Program-made: the position numbers and the translations under genes
Assembly (NCBI GenBank): GCA_951406725.2
Contig: OX597819.1
Coordinates: 48,546,001 to 48,610,000, forward strand
From: Octopus vulgaris
Lineage: Eukaryota
DNA: 64,000 bases
Direction of reading: 5' to 3'
The notes under the pieces: model-generated
Seen by the model: the letters and a program-made list of their open reading frames with translations, nothing else
Database searches by the model: none
What the model was told of the DNA's origin: nothing
Shown: in pieces, positions 14,023-26,900 of the stretch
How positions within the stretch are numbered: position 1 is the stretch's first letter
How the letters are laid out: each line of letters begins with the position of its first letter

Positions 14023-14361
14023 AAGAAACACATCGTAAACCCACTTACCAGAAATTATTCTCAATACTGACTCAGCAGGGTATAAACAGAATTCAGAGGG
14101 GTAAAAATAAAATACTGAAAAGCTTTTGAGTTTGCACCCACCATTTCCTTAACATTTTTTTGTTGTTTGATTTATCATAAAAGTTCTATAATATACATGG
14201 ATCTGAAGATGTCATCAGGGTACTACTGCCCAGTGCAATGTGATGTTGTTGCTAAAACAATATACAGTGCCATCTGAAAAACAAAAAAGACTGTCCTGGG
14301 ATAAATACAGAGAATCCCCCTGTTATTGAACACATACAAAAAGATTAACACAAGAAATATT

Positions 14362-14573
14362 ACTCTTTTACTCTTTTACTTGTTTCAGTCATTTTGACCG
14401 TGGCCATGCTGGAGCACCGCTGGACCCCAGGACTTATTCTTTGTAAGCCTAGTACTTATTTGACTGGTTTCTTTTTGCCAAACCGCTAAGTTAAGGGGAC
14501 GTAAACACACTACCATTGATTGTCAAGTGATGTTAGGGGGACAAACACAGACACACAAAGATACACACACACA

Positions 14574-14623
<50 letters not shown>

Positions 14624-14804
14624 CACACACACATATATATACGATGGGCTTCTTTCAGTTTCTGTCTACCAAATCCACTCACAAGGCTTTGGTTGTCCCG
14701 AGGCTATAGTAGAAGACACTTGCCCAAGGTGCCACACAGTGGGAATGAACCCAGTACCATGTGGTTGGTAAGCAAGCTACTTACCACACAGCCACTCCTG
14801 TACC
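14362..14804 (-). mobile_element. SINE family A copy
   Basis: Reverse-complement match to 2527-2957. Confidence 0.9.
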
Positions 14805-15195
14805 TATTGGTGGAACACTACCCTCAAAACGTCTACCAAGCACAAGCACAACAGGCCAGATGTTGCTGTTTGAGACAGTCAGGAAAAAGTACATAACCAT
14901 CATAGATGTTAGCTGTCCTGTTGATGTGAATATCTCTTTGAAAATCAGAGAGAAAGAGGATAACTACTGACAACTGCTTTGAAACCTCCAGCTTTTATAT
15001 CAAGATTATACATTTTACCTTTATAAATTCACCTTTGATAATAACTGGTGCTCTTGGTTTTCTTAGTAAATGTTTAAGTGACAATCTGGAAAAGTTAGTG
15101 TTTTCAGAAAAAGAAGTCAGCCAGCAAACATGCATATTACGAACAAAATCTGTAAGTGAAACAGTAAAAATATGCAAGATTTTTCTTAAGTTCAA
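14805..15195 (+). mobile_element. Fragment of a restriction-like-endonuclease (REL) non-LTR retrotransposon, R4/Dong-like, degenerate
   Basis: Translates as YWWN...HNRPDVAV...TIIDVSCPVDVNISLKIREKEDNY...IITGALG, the PD-(D/E)xK C-terminal domain; contains stops and a frameshift. Confidence 0.75.
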
Positions 15196-15790
15196 CATGT
15201 TACATTGAGTGCAAGTGGCACAAAAAAAAAAAGCACCCAATCCACAATGTAAAGTTGTTGAAGTTAGGAAGGACATCCAGTCATAGAAACCATGCCAAAA
15301 CAGACATTGGAACATGATACTACCCTCATCAGATCATGTCAAACCATTCAACTTATGTCAGCATGGCATATGGACATTAAATGATAATGATGATGATGTA
15401 AGCATATATAAATAATATGTGTGAGTATGTATGTATGTATGTATGTATGTATGTATGTATGTATGTATATATAAATGTATGTATATATCATCATCATCAT
15501 CATCGTTTAACATCTGCTTTTCATGCTGGCATGGGTTGGATGATTTGACTTAGGTCTGGCGAACCAGATGGCTGCACCAGACTACAATCTGATCTGGCAG
15601 AGTTTCTACAGCTGGATGCCCTTCCTAATGCCAACCACTCTGAGAGTGTAGTGGGTGCTTTTATGTGCCACCGGCATGAGGGCCAGTCAGGCAGTACTGG
15701 CAACAGCCATGCTCAAATTGTGCTTTTTATGTGCCACCTGCACAGGTGCCAATTCAGCGGCACTATACACACATATATGTACATACATAC

Positions 15791-15823
<33 letters not shown>

Positions 15824-16131
15824 CAACTAGAGATAAAACCACTATTATGCAACTCAAACAGTGATAGACATAAACCAATGCATATTTATATTTATACTGC
15901 GAAATTTGATTTAATACTAAATCGAATTTTTCCCTGTAAGTTTGGAGCTATACTACCTAATATTATTATTATATATATATATAAGTATGTATGTTCATAT
16001 ATATGTATATATATATATATATATATATACATACATTTATACATAAATACATACATATATACACAGTCACACATCATTTATATATGCTTACATCATCATC
16101 ATCATTTAATATCCATATGCCATGCTGACAT

Positions 16132-16179
<48 letters not shown>

Positions 16180-17371
16180 TGCATATGTGTATGTGTTTGT
16201 CTCCACATATCATTGCTATGACACAGCTTTTGGGAAGTGATTTGTTTGTCATCTCATAAATAAAATGTCTTATTTGACAGGCTGATATAGAAAAAACCTT
16301 TGCAATATAGTATCTTACCTGAAAACAAGTGTGGATTGTTGTTCAACAAAGCATCTGGCAGTAGAGCACTGTCCTAAAAAGGTCAGTGGAACCTATGTAA
16401 ACTTAGGAAGAAGCAGATATAAAAATGATGACGATGATGATAATGATGTAGACGAGGATATAGGATTTTGTGCCAAATCATAAAAAGTGGCCAATATTGA
16501 GGGAATGGCAGAAATGTGCTCAGATGTTTTCTCTGTTTTAGTTTTGTTTCTCAACCTTCTGTGAGGATTGAGGGATAAATCCTGTTCTGTCAGCGCTATG
16601 TTTCTTCAGTTGGTGATTGATAAAATAAATATCAGTGTAACTGTAATTCTAAATATCTCCACCTCTAAGTTGGTGAATTTCATTTCAGTATTATAAGAAA
16701 TTATCATTTTAACTACATTGCATGCCATAATTAATTAGCACTAGTAATTAGTCTACATACTTTCTGTTTGGTTTGGTTAACATTAAAAAATCTGCAAACT
16801 CTGTATGCTTTAATTAAAAAGAAGATCTGTACGAGCTAATTAAAAATTTGTAGCAGCTAATTAAATATTTTGTTTTATTTTTTACTCTATTAATTATTAA
16901 TATCAGACAATTAATGCTTTACATCATGGTAGAGTCATGTGAGCTAATTAATACTTAATTATACTACACTTATATGAAAAAAAACATAGCTATAGATCAG
17001 TGGCACCAGCCCTTCCTTCTAATTGGACAGACTTCTGACTATAGTTGTATAAACATTACAAGTAACTCCCATTCTGGAACAATTATATAAGCAAGATGTT
17101 ATCATTTAGTAGTTGACCTCTTAGTTTTGAATAAACCAGAGAAATATGGATATTTTATTTTATTGTAAATATCATTTGCTGTTACAATTGTTATAGCTAT
17201 TGTTTATTTTCCACCAAATGATGAGAAATCAAGTTCTGTTTCATTCTGACAAATAATGCTACAAAATAAAAGCAAATCCTACCTTTGTTGTTCAGTCAGT
17301 GGAAATGCTAGTATATATACATATACATGTATGTATGTATGTATGTATGTATGTATGTATGTATGTATGTA

Positions 17372-17484
<113 letters not shown>

Positions 17485-17536
17485 TTGTTTTCTAAATAAG
17501 ACAACAAATGGCAAATATGACATATTCATATATATA

Positions 17537-17934
17537 CTCTTTAATCTTTTACTTATTTCAGTCATTTGACTGTGGCCATGCTGGAAGACCATCTTTAGTT
17601 GAGTAAATCGACCCCAGGACTTATTCTTTGTAAGCCTAGTACTTATTCTATCAGTCTCTTTTTCTGAACCACTAAGTTACAGGGACATAAACACACCAGC
17701 ATCGGTTGTCAAGCGATGTTGTGGGGACAAACACAGAAACAAACATACACATACACACACATACATATATACAACAGGCTTCTTTCAGTTTCCGTCTACC
17801 AAATCCACTCACAAGGCTTTGGTTGACTGGAGGCTATAGTAGAAGACACTTGCCCAAGGTGCCATGCAGTGGGACTGAACCCGGAACTATGTAGTTGGTA
17901 AGTAAGCTACTTACCACACAGTCACTCCTACGCC
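17537..17934 (-). mobile_element. SINE family A copy
   Basis: Reverse-complement match to 2527-2957. Confidence 0.9.
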
Positions 17935-17959
17935 TACATATAAATATATATATATATAT

Positions 17960-18352
17960 ATAATTATAATAAAGGGTTAATTACAACAAGTTGCTCAAAA
18001 CCACATACCGAAAATATTAGAAATAGCAGCCAAATAGATCACTATTTCTCCTACTAATAAAAATATAATTAATCCAAAAGGCTGGGATTTCGTTATTTTC
18101 TTTCTCTTTACCATATATGGGTTACAAATTCTGTTTGTTTGTGGAGACTTTTTTTATTAGTGGGAGAAATAGTGATTTATTTGGCTGCTATTTCTAATAT
18201 TTTCGGTATGTGGTTTTGAGCAACTTGTTGCAATTAACCCTTTATTATAATTAATATAATTCTTACCAAATTTGGTCTTTTCCATACCGAAAAATCTACT
18301 AGGTGAAATTTATTAATTTTATTAAATAATTATATTTCACCCTTTTTTGTGT
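17960..18352. mobile_element. (TA)n-embedded element with about 105-bp inverted arms (17960-18063 / 18150-18253) and a 100-bp one-sided tail
   Basis: TAATTATAATAAAGGGTTAATT...CTACTAATAAAAA has its reverse complement about 90 bp downstream. Confidence 0.8.
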
Positions 18353-18364
18353 ATATATATATAT

Positions 18365-19420
18365 AGAAAACCATCCGAACGTGGCCGTAGCCAGTACCGC
18401 ACCGACTGGCCTCCGTGCTGTGGGCACGTAACAAACACCATCCGATCGTGGCCGTTCGCCAGCCTCATCTGGCACCTGTGTCGGTGGCACATAAAAACAC
18501 CATCCGAAGACCCGGCAAGACTAGTCAGGCCATAACCTGTGGCCCCTACCTGGGACGTAGTCAGTCCACCTGTGCATACCTTCCTTCTTGTGACACTTGT
18601 GAAGACCTGTTGAGGCAAGTGAAAATCAAATCAATCAAAACAAATCAAAATAGATGAACATCAATGGAATTTGTATCTTTGTGGTACCAGTGCCGGTGGC
18701 ACGTGGCACACAAGAAAACCATCCGAACGTGGCCGTAGCCAGTACCTCATCGACTGGCCTCCGTGCTGTGGGCACGTAACAAACACCATCCGATCGTGGC
18801 CGTTTGCCAGCCTCGTCTGGCACCTGTGTCGGTGGCACATAAAAACACCATCCGAAGACCCGGCAAGACTAGTCAGGCCATAACCTGTGGCCCCTACCTG
18901 GGACGTAGTCAGTCCACCTGTGCATACCTTCCTTCTTGTGACACTTGTGAAGACCTGTTGAGGCAAGTGAAAATCAAAACAAATCAAAATAGATGAACAT
19001 CAATGGAATTTGTATCTTTGTGGTACCAGTGCCGGTGGCACGTGGCACACAAGAAAACCATCCGAACGTGGCCGTAGCCAGTACCGCATCGACTGGCCTC
19101 CGTGCTGTGGGCACGTAACAAACACCATCCGATCGTGGCCGTTTGCCAGCCTCGTCTGGCACCTGTGTCGGTGGCACATAAAAAAACACCATCCGAGCGT
19201 GGCCGTTTGCCAGCCTCGTCTGGCACCTGTGTCGGTGGCACATAAAATCACCCACTACACTCTCGGAGTGGTTGGCGTTAGGAAGGGCATCCAGCTGTAG
19301 AAACACTGCCAGATCTGACTGGACTGGTGCAGCTTTCGGGCTCCCCAGACCCCAGTTGAACCGTCCAACCCATGCTAGCATGGAAAGCGGACGTTAAATG
19401 ATGATGATGATGATGATGAT
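18365..19420 (+). mobile_element. RTE 3' UTR in about three head-to-tail copies (period 339-348 bp), ending in a (GAT)n tail
   Basis: AGAAAACCATCCGAACG at 18365, 18713 and 19052; sequence matches the 3' UTR at 37630-39000. Confidence 0.9.
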
Positions 19421-20271
19421 ATATATATATAAAATGTGTAGTAAATAAACATGAACATATACTAAATACCTGAATGAATGGAAAACATCTAAGGTCACCA
19501 ACACCTCTTCAGTTATCAGCCTGGAGATTGAGCACAATTTTGGCTATTATTGATAATATTGCTTCCACTCTGGAGGCACTGGCAAGAATCTTGCCTGGAA
19601 TGTACGTACATATGTATGTATGTATTTTGCTTAGGCAAATGTCGCAAGCTGGCAGAATAATTCGGATGCTGGGCAAAATGCTAAGCAGTGTTTCATCTGA
19701 CTTCATGTTATGAGTTCAAATTCTGCTGAGGTCAACTTTGCCTTTTATTCTTTCAGCGTTGATAAAATAAGTACCAGTTAAACACTGAGGTTGATATAAT
19801 TAACTTGTGCCAAAATTTGATATCAATATTTTGTTTAAGCATAGTGATACTAATAACCCGGTGTTTAAACTCATTATACATATGCTTCAGAGAAAAGCAT
19901 TAGAAAAGCCTTCTAAACTTCTAAAAGAACTTGGATTTCTCTCTATCTCTTTCTTCCTCCCTAGATTTTGGTTTCCATCATCTTTTACATGTCTCGATTT
20001 CCTTCTTCCTATCTCGGTTCTTTATGGTCATTCTATCTACAATCTATATTAATATACATAATCTGTTTATATCTTCCATATGTGTGTAGTTATTTATGCA
20101 GGGGTTAATTGTATGCCCATCTTTGTAGATATATATTCACAAATTATCTAAATGATCTAAATCTACATATGTCTGGGAGTGGCTTTCCTCCTTCAAACTT
20201 GATACTATGTTTTGGTGATGTTTTCTGTATTTATAAATAGTTTCCCAAATGAAATTGCACTTCATTTTTGA

Positions 20272-20326
20272 AGCTCTGATGAGGTTATGAGTGCACTGCA
20301 TCTTATAGCAGAAGCAGCTGTAAGCT
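20272..20326 (+). ncRNA. Type I minimal hammerhead ribozyme motif, slightly degenerate
   Basis: AGCT-CTGATGA-g-GTTATGAG..CTTATAGC-a-GAAG-CAGCTG-TA-AGCT; lies 35 bp upstream of a (TA)n tract. Confidence 0.65.
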
Positions 20327-20377
20327 AATGAAGTTCATTAAATAATTTCTTATTCCCTTATATATATATATATATAT

Positions 20378-20914
20378 TGATAAAACGGTAAGATAACAAA
20401 AGAAAGAAAGAGACCTCAATATTATGTAAATAGAGGAAATTTATCTATACAATAATATGTTACATTACTCGGTAGTCAAAATAAAACTCTGAGTTTCAGA
20501 TGCCGAAGTGGAAATCCACAACACCATCTCATCGGTTATCTGGCTATTTGAAAACGCTAGGAAAAAATACCGTTAAATAAAGGGAAATTACTCTGTTATA
20601 ACTCTGTTTGCCTGCGTACTTATACATCGCTCGCATTTTTCGTCATAAAAATTATATAAAAATACATAAAAAATATATAAAAATATATAAAAAATATATA
20701 AATTCTTCTTGGGACATAACATAGAAAGCATGTTCTATCTGTTTTCTTTAGGGACCAAAAACGTAACAGAAATTTAGTCACATGTGGGCATGATCCGAAA
20801 AGCGTTTTCAAATAGCCAGATAACCGATGAGATGGTGTTGTGGATTTCCACTTCGGCATCTGAAACTCAGAGTTTTATCTTGACTACCGAGTAATGTAAC
20901 ATATTATTGTATAG

Positions 20915-20917
<3 letters not shown>
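20378..20917. mobile_element. PLE-type element with 117-bp inverted arms (20442-20558 / 20801-20917), each carrying a hammerhead motif
   Basis: Arms are nearly identical; (TA)n on both sides; one-sided tail 20378-20441. Confidence 0.85.
20818..20880 (+). ncRNA. Type I hammerhead motif with CCGAUGA core variant (mirror copy 20479-20541 on -)
   Basis: AGATAA-CCGATGA-GATG...CATC-t-GAAA-CTCAGAG-TT-TTATCT. Confidence 0.65.
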
Positions 20918-20952
<35 letters not shown>

Positions 20953-20953
<1 letters not shown>

Positions 20954-21263
20954 GAGGCACAATGGCCCAGTGGTTAGGGCAGCGGACTCGCGGTCGTAGG
21001 ATTGCAGTTTCGATTCCCAGATCAGGTATTGTTAGTGTTGTTTATTGAGTGAAAACATCTAAAGCTCCACAAGGCTTTGGCAGGGGGTGGTGTTTATCCC
21101 TGTTGTACTCTTTCACCACAACTTTCTCTCACTCTTTCTTCTGTTGGCCTGCTTGCTTAGCCAGCGGGTGGCATTATTTGAAGGCTAAAACAATGTGAAG
21201 CGCATTGTGACCAGCGATGTGTAGCAACATCTGATAGCCTAGTCGATCACAGTGATCACAGTG
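20953..21263 (+). mobile_element. tRNA-derived SINE family B (second, internally deleted copy at 27941-28207)
   Basis: tRNA-like head TGGCCCAGTGGTTAGG...GTTTCGATTCCC; body shared with the 27.9-kb copy. Confidence 0.8.
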
Positions 21264-21953
21264 ATATATATATATAAAAGACCCCCTTTGGTCATGATTG
21301 ACCATAAGATTGCACTTAGGAAGTTCCCCTCTGAGGCTCAAGTCTGGGTGAGATTGTTTATGGATGACCAGCAATCACCCATGCATACCAGCCTCCTCTC
21401 TACACACCACCAATGTTATCCAAGGGAAAGGAAAAGACCAGTGCAGTTCAGCACTGTAACGCTGCAACTTATTTCTACAGCTGAGCGAACTGGAGCAATG
21501 TGAAATAACATGACTTGCTCAAGAACACAACACACACAGCCTGGTCCAGGAATCAGACTCACTACCTCATGATTGTGAGCCCAACACTCTAACCACTGAG
21601 CTATGTACCTTCAGCACCCTGCCCCCACACATATAAGATTGCCGTGATCATTATTTTAATGTTTACTTTTCTATGCTGGCATGGGTTGGACAGGATTTAT
21701 TGAGGCAGATTTTTCTGTGATTAGATGCTCTTTCTATCACTAACACTCACCTGTCTCAAAGCAAAGAAATATTTCCCCTTTGGGAATGAATAATATTGCT
21801 TGTACAAGGGTGACATTTGTTTTACAGCGATCATGCAATGTGAAGACAAGGAGACACAGACACACTCGTACACACACACAAACACGTGTACCCGTATGCA
21901 CACACATATGCACGCATGCACACGTGTGTGCACACACATATATTTCATATATG

Positions 21954-22072
21954 GCTTATGGCCATATCATTTTGAATACACTGGCTCTCATCTGATCACC
22001 GAAGTTAAGCAATGTCAAACCTGGTGAGTACTTAGATGGGTGTCTGCTTGAGAAACCTAGGTGCTGCAAGCA
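21954..22072 (+). pseudogene. 5S rRNA pseudogene (solitary, diverged)
   Basis: 119 nt, GCTTATGGCCATATC...GATCACCGAAGTTAAGC...AGTACTTAGATGGG...GGTGCTGCAAGC, colinear with metazoan 5S rRNA; many C>T and G>A changes. Confidence 0.88.
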
Positions 22073-22088
22073 TCTCACTGCTTTAAAA

Positions 22089-22198
22089 GGCACAGAAGTG
22101 ACTGTATGGTAAGTAGCTTGCTTACTAACCACATGGTCCCAGGCTGACCAAAGCCTTGTGAGTGTATATGGTAGACGGAAACTGAAAGAAGCCTGTTG

Positions 22199-22231
<33 letters not shown>

Positions 22232-22462
22232 GAGTGTATGTATGTATATGTTTAGGTGTCTGTGTTTGTCCCCTTACTATCTCTTGACAACCGATGCTGG
22301 TGGGTTTACATCCCTGTAACTTAGTGGCTTAGCAAAAGAGGCCGATAGAATAAGTACTAAGTTTACAAAGAATAAGTTCTGGGGTCAATTTGTTCGACTA
22401 AAGGTGGTGCTCTAGCAAGGCTGCAGTCAAATGACTGAAACAAATAAAAGAGAGTAAAAGAG
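22089..22462 (+). mobile_element. SINE family A copy with a deletion in the head
   Basis: Aligns with 2527-2957. Confidence 0.85.
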
Positions 22463-22643
22463 GTTATCCTGCATGTATATATGAATATATATATTCATAT
22501 ATACACACATGATAACCTTTTTACAGTTTCTGTCTACCAAATCCACTCTCAAGGCTTTGCCCAAAGTACCATGCAGTGAAATTGAACCTGAAACCATGTG
22601 ACTGAGAAGTAAAGATATTTACTCAACTATGCTTGTGCCCATA

Positions 22644-22704
<61 letters not shown>

Positions 22705-22984
22705 CTGTCTGTTTTTCTATCCATCCATCCATCCATCCACTTATACATTTGAATATATGTATCTGAAATCTCAGATGAGGCCACATCACGGCAGGATGCA
22801 CAATAAAGAGCAGCTTCGTCCAACTCACTTCTTCACCAAAAACAATACTGAGAGGAGACCCCAAAACACTGAAAGGCAGTGTTCCAGCATGGCCCCAGCC
22901 TCTGGCTGAAACCAGTAACAGAATAAAATGATATATATGTATTTGTGTATATATATGTATATATATATATATATATGTATATAT

Positions 22985-23400
22985 TCCTAAAGACAAGATG
23001 TGCTTTTGCCTGTCTCTTCTCAAAGTTCATTTTTCCAGCATTCACCACTTCACCTCGTTATGGCTTAAGAGCTCTCACCGTTTGTTTTTACTGTTTTGTT
23101 CTTACTGTCCTGTTTTTGTTACCACTTTATCCCTCCGCAAAAAATCCCAAATTTTATCTAATTTCCTTTGCGGGAAGGACTGTTTTAACGAAGTTGCCTC
23201 TTGTCTCTACCTTCAAAACGCGGAGTAGATAAAACAGGGGACATCTGATGAAGGGAACATTCTTTATGTTGCCTGTCTCATTTCTCTATTTGTTTCTTTT
23301 GTTGTTCGAAAAAATGTTCATTTTCCATGCTTTTGTTTTTTACGTTCTTGTTTCTCATTTTGTTCACTTTTTTTTTATGTCCTGTACCCATATATGCATG
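22985..23400 (+). mobile_element. (TA)n-embedded element, same family as 26935-27147(-); probable PLE tail
   Basis: Both copies share CCTTC(G/A)AAACG..GAGTAGAT.AAAC...CTGA.GAAGGG and end TGTCCTGTAC.CATATATGC.TGTATA. Confidence 0.55.
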
Positions 23401-23481
23401 TATATTATTTATATTATTATATATAAAACCTTCTACATATATATATAAATATATATATACATACATATATGAGGATGATGA

Positions 23482-23512
<31 letters not shown>

Positions 23513-23545
23513 ATATATATATATATATATATATCTGTCTATCTG

Positions 23546-23602
<57 letters not shown>

Positions 23603-23644
23603 ATATATATATATATATATATATATTTGAGGAAATATATATAT

Positions 23645-26230
23645 TTGACGAAATAGAAGGGGGTATAGCTACACATGGGGTAGAAGACAACTGGACGCTT
23701 CTAAGGGACAACCTGCTGAAAGCCACTGACCAGATCTGTGGCTGGTGCAAAGTCCCCTCAAGACCCAAAATAACGTGGTGGTGGAACAATATTGTTGACA
23801 GGGCTATTAGACAAAAGAAACAGGCTTGGAAGGACTGGAAGAATGGTGGTAGCAGGGAAGTGTATCAGACTGCCAGAAGGGAAGCTAGGAGGCAGGTGTA
23901 TTTAGACAGATGGGAAGCAGATAAGAAAAAATTTGCCAATGTTCTGTGCCGTGAGGATGAAAGACTTGAGGTATTTCATGTTGCAAGACAGTGTGTGAGA
24001 GAGAATTGTGATGTGGTACGAGAGAAATGTGTTCGCAAGGATGACGGTTCACTTGCGCTAAATGAGGATGCAAAGAGAGAGGTTTGGAGACGCCACTATG
24101 AAAGGTTGCTGAATGAGGAAAATGAATGGGATAAAGAGAGTCTACCGAATGTCGACCCAACAGAGGGACCAGCAACCCGAGTTGACAGTTCCTTAGTAGT
24201 TAAGGCAATTACAAGCATGAAAACAGGGAAAGCCCCAGGCCCATCAGGAATTACTGCAGAGATGCTCAAAATATCTGGTAGTGTCGGCTATAACCTAGTC
24301 ACTCGTATAGTTAACCAGGTGATACACGAAGGAGTCATACCCAATGACTGGTGTAGCAGTATAATAGTCAACTGCTACAAAGGTAAAGGTGACGCCCTAG
24401 ATACAAATAACTACAGGGGTATCAAGCTGCTGGATCAGGTAATGAAGGTTACGGAGAGGGTTATAGCCCAACTAATTAGAGAGAGAGTTAGCCTAGATCA
24501 GATGCAGTTTGGGTTCGTGCCAGGGAAAAGTACTACTGATGCTATATTCCTGGTAAGGCAGCTGCAGGAGAAATACCTAGCCAAAGATAAGCCCCTGTAC
24601 CTGGCTTTTGTTGACATGGAGAAAGCCTTCGACAGGGTCCCCCGATCCCTTATCTGGTGGTCAATGAGGAAACTAGGGATAGATGAATGGTTAGTGAGAG
24701 CTGTGCGAGCCATGTACAGAGACGCTGCTAGTAAGGTGAGGGTTGGCAATGAGTACAGTGAAGAATTCCGGATAGAGGTTGGGGTCCACCAAGGTTCAGT
24801 CCTCAGTCCCCTCCTATTTATCATAGTCCTCCAGGCAATAACGGAGGATTTCAAGACAGGATACCCCTGGGAGCTCCTCGATGCTGATGACCTTGCTCTA
24901 ATTGCTGAGTCACTATCAGAACTGGAGGAGAAGTTTCAGGTGTGGAAGCAAGGATTAGAATCGAAGGGCCTTAGAATCAACCTAGCCAAAACCAAAGTCC
25001 TAATAAGTAGGAACTTCTACCATGTTCCAGGGAGAAAAACTAGAAGTAGTTGATAGCTTCCGCTACCTAGGTGACCAAGTCAGTAGCGGGGGTGGGTGTG
25101 CTGAAAGTGTAACTGCTAGAGTAAGAATAGCCTGGGCAAAGTTTAGAGAGCTCTTACCCCTGCTGGTGACAAAAGGCCTCTCGCTCAGAGTAAAAGGCAG
25201 ACTGTATGATGCATGTGTACGTACAGCCATGCTACATGGTAGTGAAACATGGGCTGCGACTGCTGAGGATATGCGTAAGCTTGCAAGAAATGAAGCCAGT
25301 ATGCTCCGATGGATGTGTAATGTCAGTGTTCATAATTGACAGAGTGTAAGTACCTTGAGAGAAAAGTTGGACCTAAGAAGCATCAGTTGTGGTGTGCAAG
25401 AGAGACGTTTGCGCTGGTATGGTTATGTGACGAGAATGGCTGAAGATAGTTGTGTGCAAAAGTGCCACACCCTAGCAGTTGAGGGAACCTGTGGAAGAGG
25501 TAGACCCAGGAAAACCTAGGACGAGGTGGTGAAGCACAACCTTCGAACTTTAGGTCTCACGAAGGAAATGACTAGAGACCGAGACCTATGGAAGTATGCT
25601 GTGCGTGAGAGGACCCGGCAAGACTAGTGAGACCATAACCCGTGGCCTCTACCTGGTATGTAGCCAGTCGACTTATACATACCTTTCCTTCTTGGGACAC
25701 AAAACTCCACTTGTGAAGACCCGTTGAGGCTAGTGAAAATCAAAATCAAACCAAATCAAATCAGATATCAGAAAGCAGAACCAAAATCGAAGTCGATCAA
25801 CATCAATGGAAATTGCAGCTGTGATACCAGTGCCGATGACAAGTAAGCGAACCATCCGATCGTGGCCGTTGCCAGCGCCGCCCCGACTGGCCTCCGTGCC
25901 GGTGGCACGTAAAAAAGCACCATCCGTTCGTGACCATTGCCAGCCTCGCTTGGCCCCCGTGCCAGTGGCACGTAAAAAGCACCATCTGTCCGTGGCCGTT
26001 TGTGGCAGTTTGCCAGCTCCATCTGGCACCTGTGCGGGTGGCACGTAAAAAGCACCCACTACACTCACGGAGTGGTTGGCGTTAGGAAGGGCATCCAGCC
26101 GTAGAAACACTGCCAGATCAGACTGGGCCTGATGCAGCCTTCTGGCTTCACAGACCCCAGTTGAACCGTCCAACCCATGCTAGCATGGAAAGCGGATGCT
26201 AAATGATGATGATGATAATGATGATGATGA
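23645..26230 (+). mobile_element. 5'-truncated RTE-clade LINE (RT ORF remnant 23645-25627, 3' UTR, (GAT)n tail)
   Basis: RT motifs KAPGPSG, NYRGIKLL, QFGF, AFVDMEKAFDRV, GVHQGSVLSPLLF and DADD (from YADD); FRYLG and LHGSETW downstream. Internal deletion with frameshift near 25013; stops at about 25337 and 25517. Confidence 0.97.
23860..25053 (+). pseudogene. Reverse transcriptase domain of the RTE LINE, disabled
   Basis: 397-aa ORF with non-LTR RT motifs; YADD changed to DADD; no endonuclease domain present. Confidence 0.95.
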
Positions 26231-26272
26231 TATATATATATATATATATATATCTGTCTATCTGTCTATCTT

Positions 26273-26348
<76 letters not shown>

Positions 26349-26855
26349 AGTCTGTCTGTCTATCTGTATGTATATATGTATGTATGTATGTATGTGTATA
26401 AGAAGCGGCAGTTTGACTTGACTTTGTGCTTCATTAGTTGCTTTAACTCTTGTTTACTGCAGCAGCTTGTGGACAGAAATAAAACTTTCCAGCAAGTCTT
26501 CTGAGCAAATCTCATTGATTATCGATTTTTTTCCCCCCCTGATCTTCTGTTATTGACAATTAGTAACAAAGGCCTGTTGAGTTTTATCATTAACACTTAA
26601 TGTTGTCGATGGCAACCTTGTGCACTTTACATTAAGCAATGTTTACCATGACATTTTGTGACTCTATTTCTTTCTCTTGTATGTCTTTCTCACTTTCTCT
26701 TTTTCTCTTGCTTTCTGTTTGTCCCCCTTTGTCAAAATATTTATTGCTATGCCATAGAGGTAATTAGGGAGACACCAAGACTTTTTCCGTGATAATAGCA
26801 AAAACAAAAAAGAAAGACATTGACTCGAGCACAACAAATAAAAATGCACATAATG

Positions 26856-26900
<45 letters not shown>

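Noticed and set aside
20953-21025. tRNA gene
   Set aside because: The cloverleaf is incomplete and continues into a SINE body shared with 27941-28207.
23205-23255. GAAACG...CTGANGA order (also 27100-27147 on -) as a type II hammerhead
   Set aside because: Stem I cannot be formed in either copy; kept only as a family marker.
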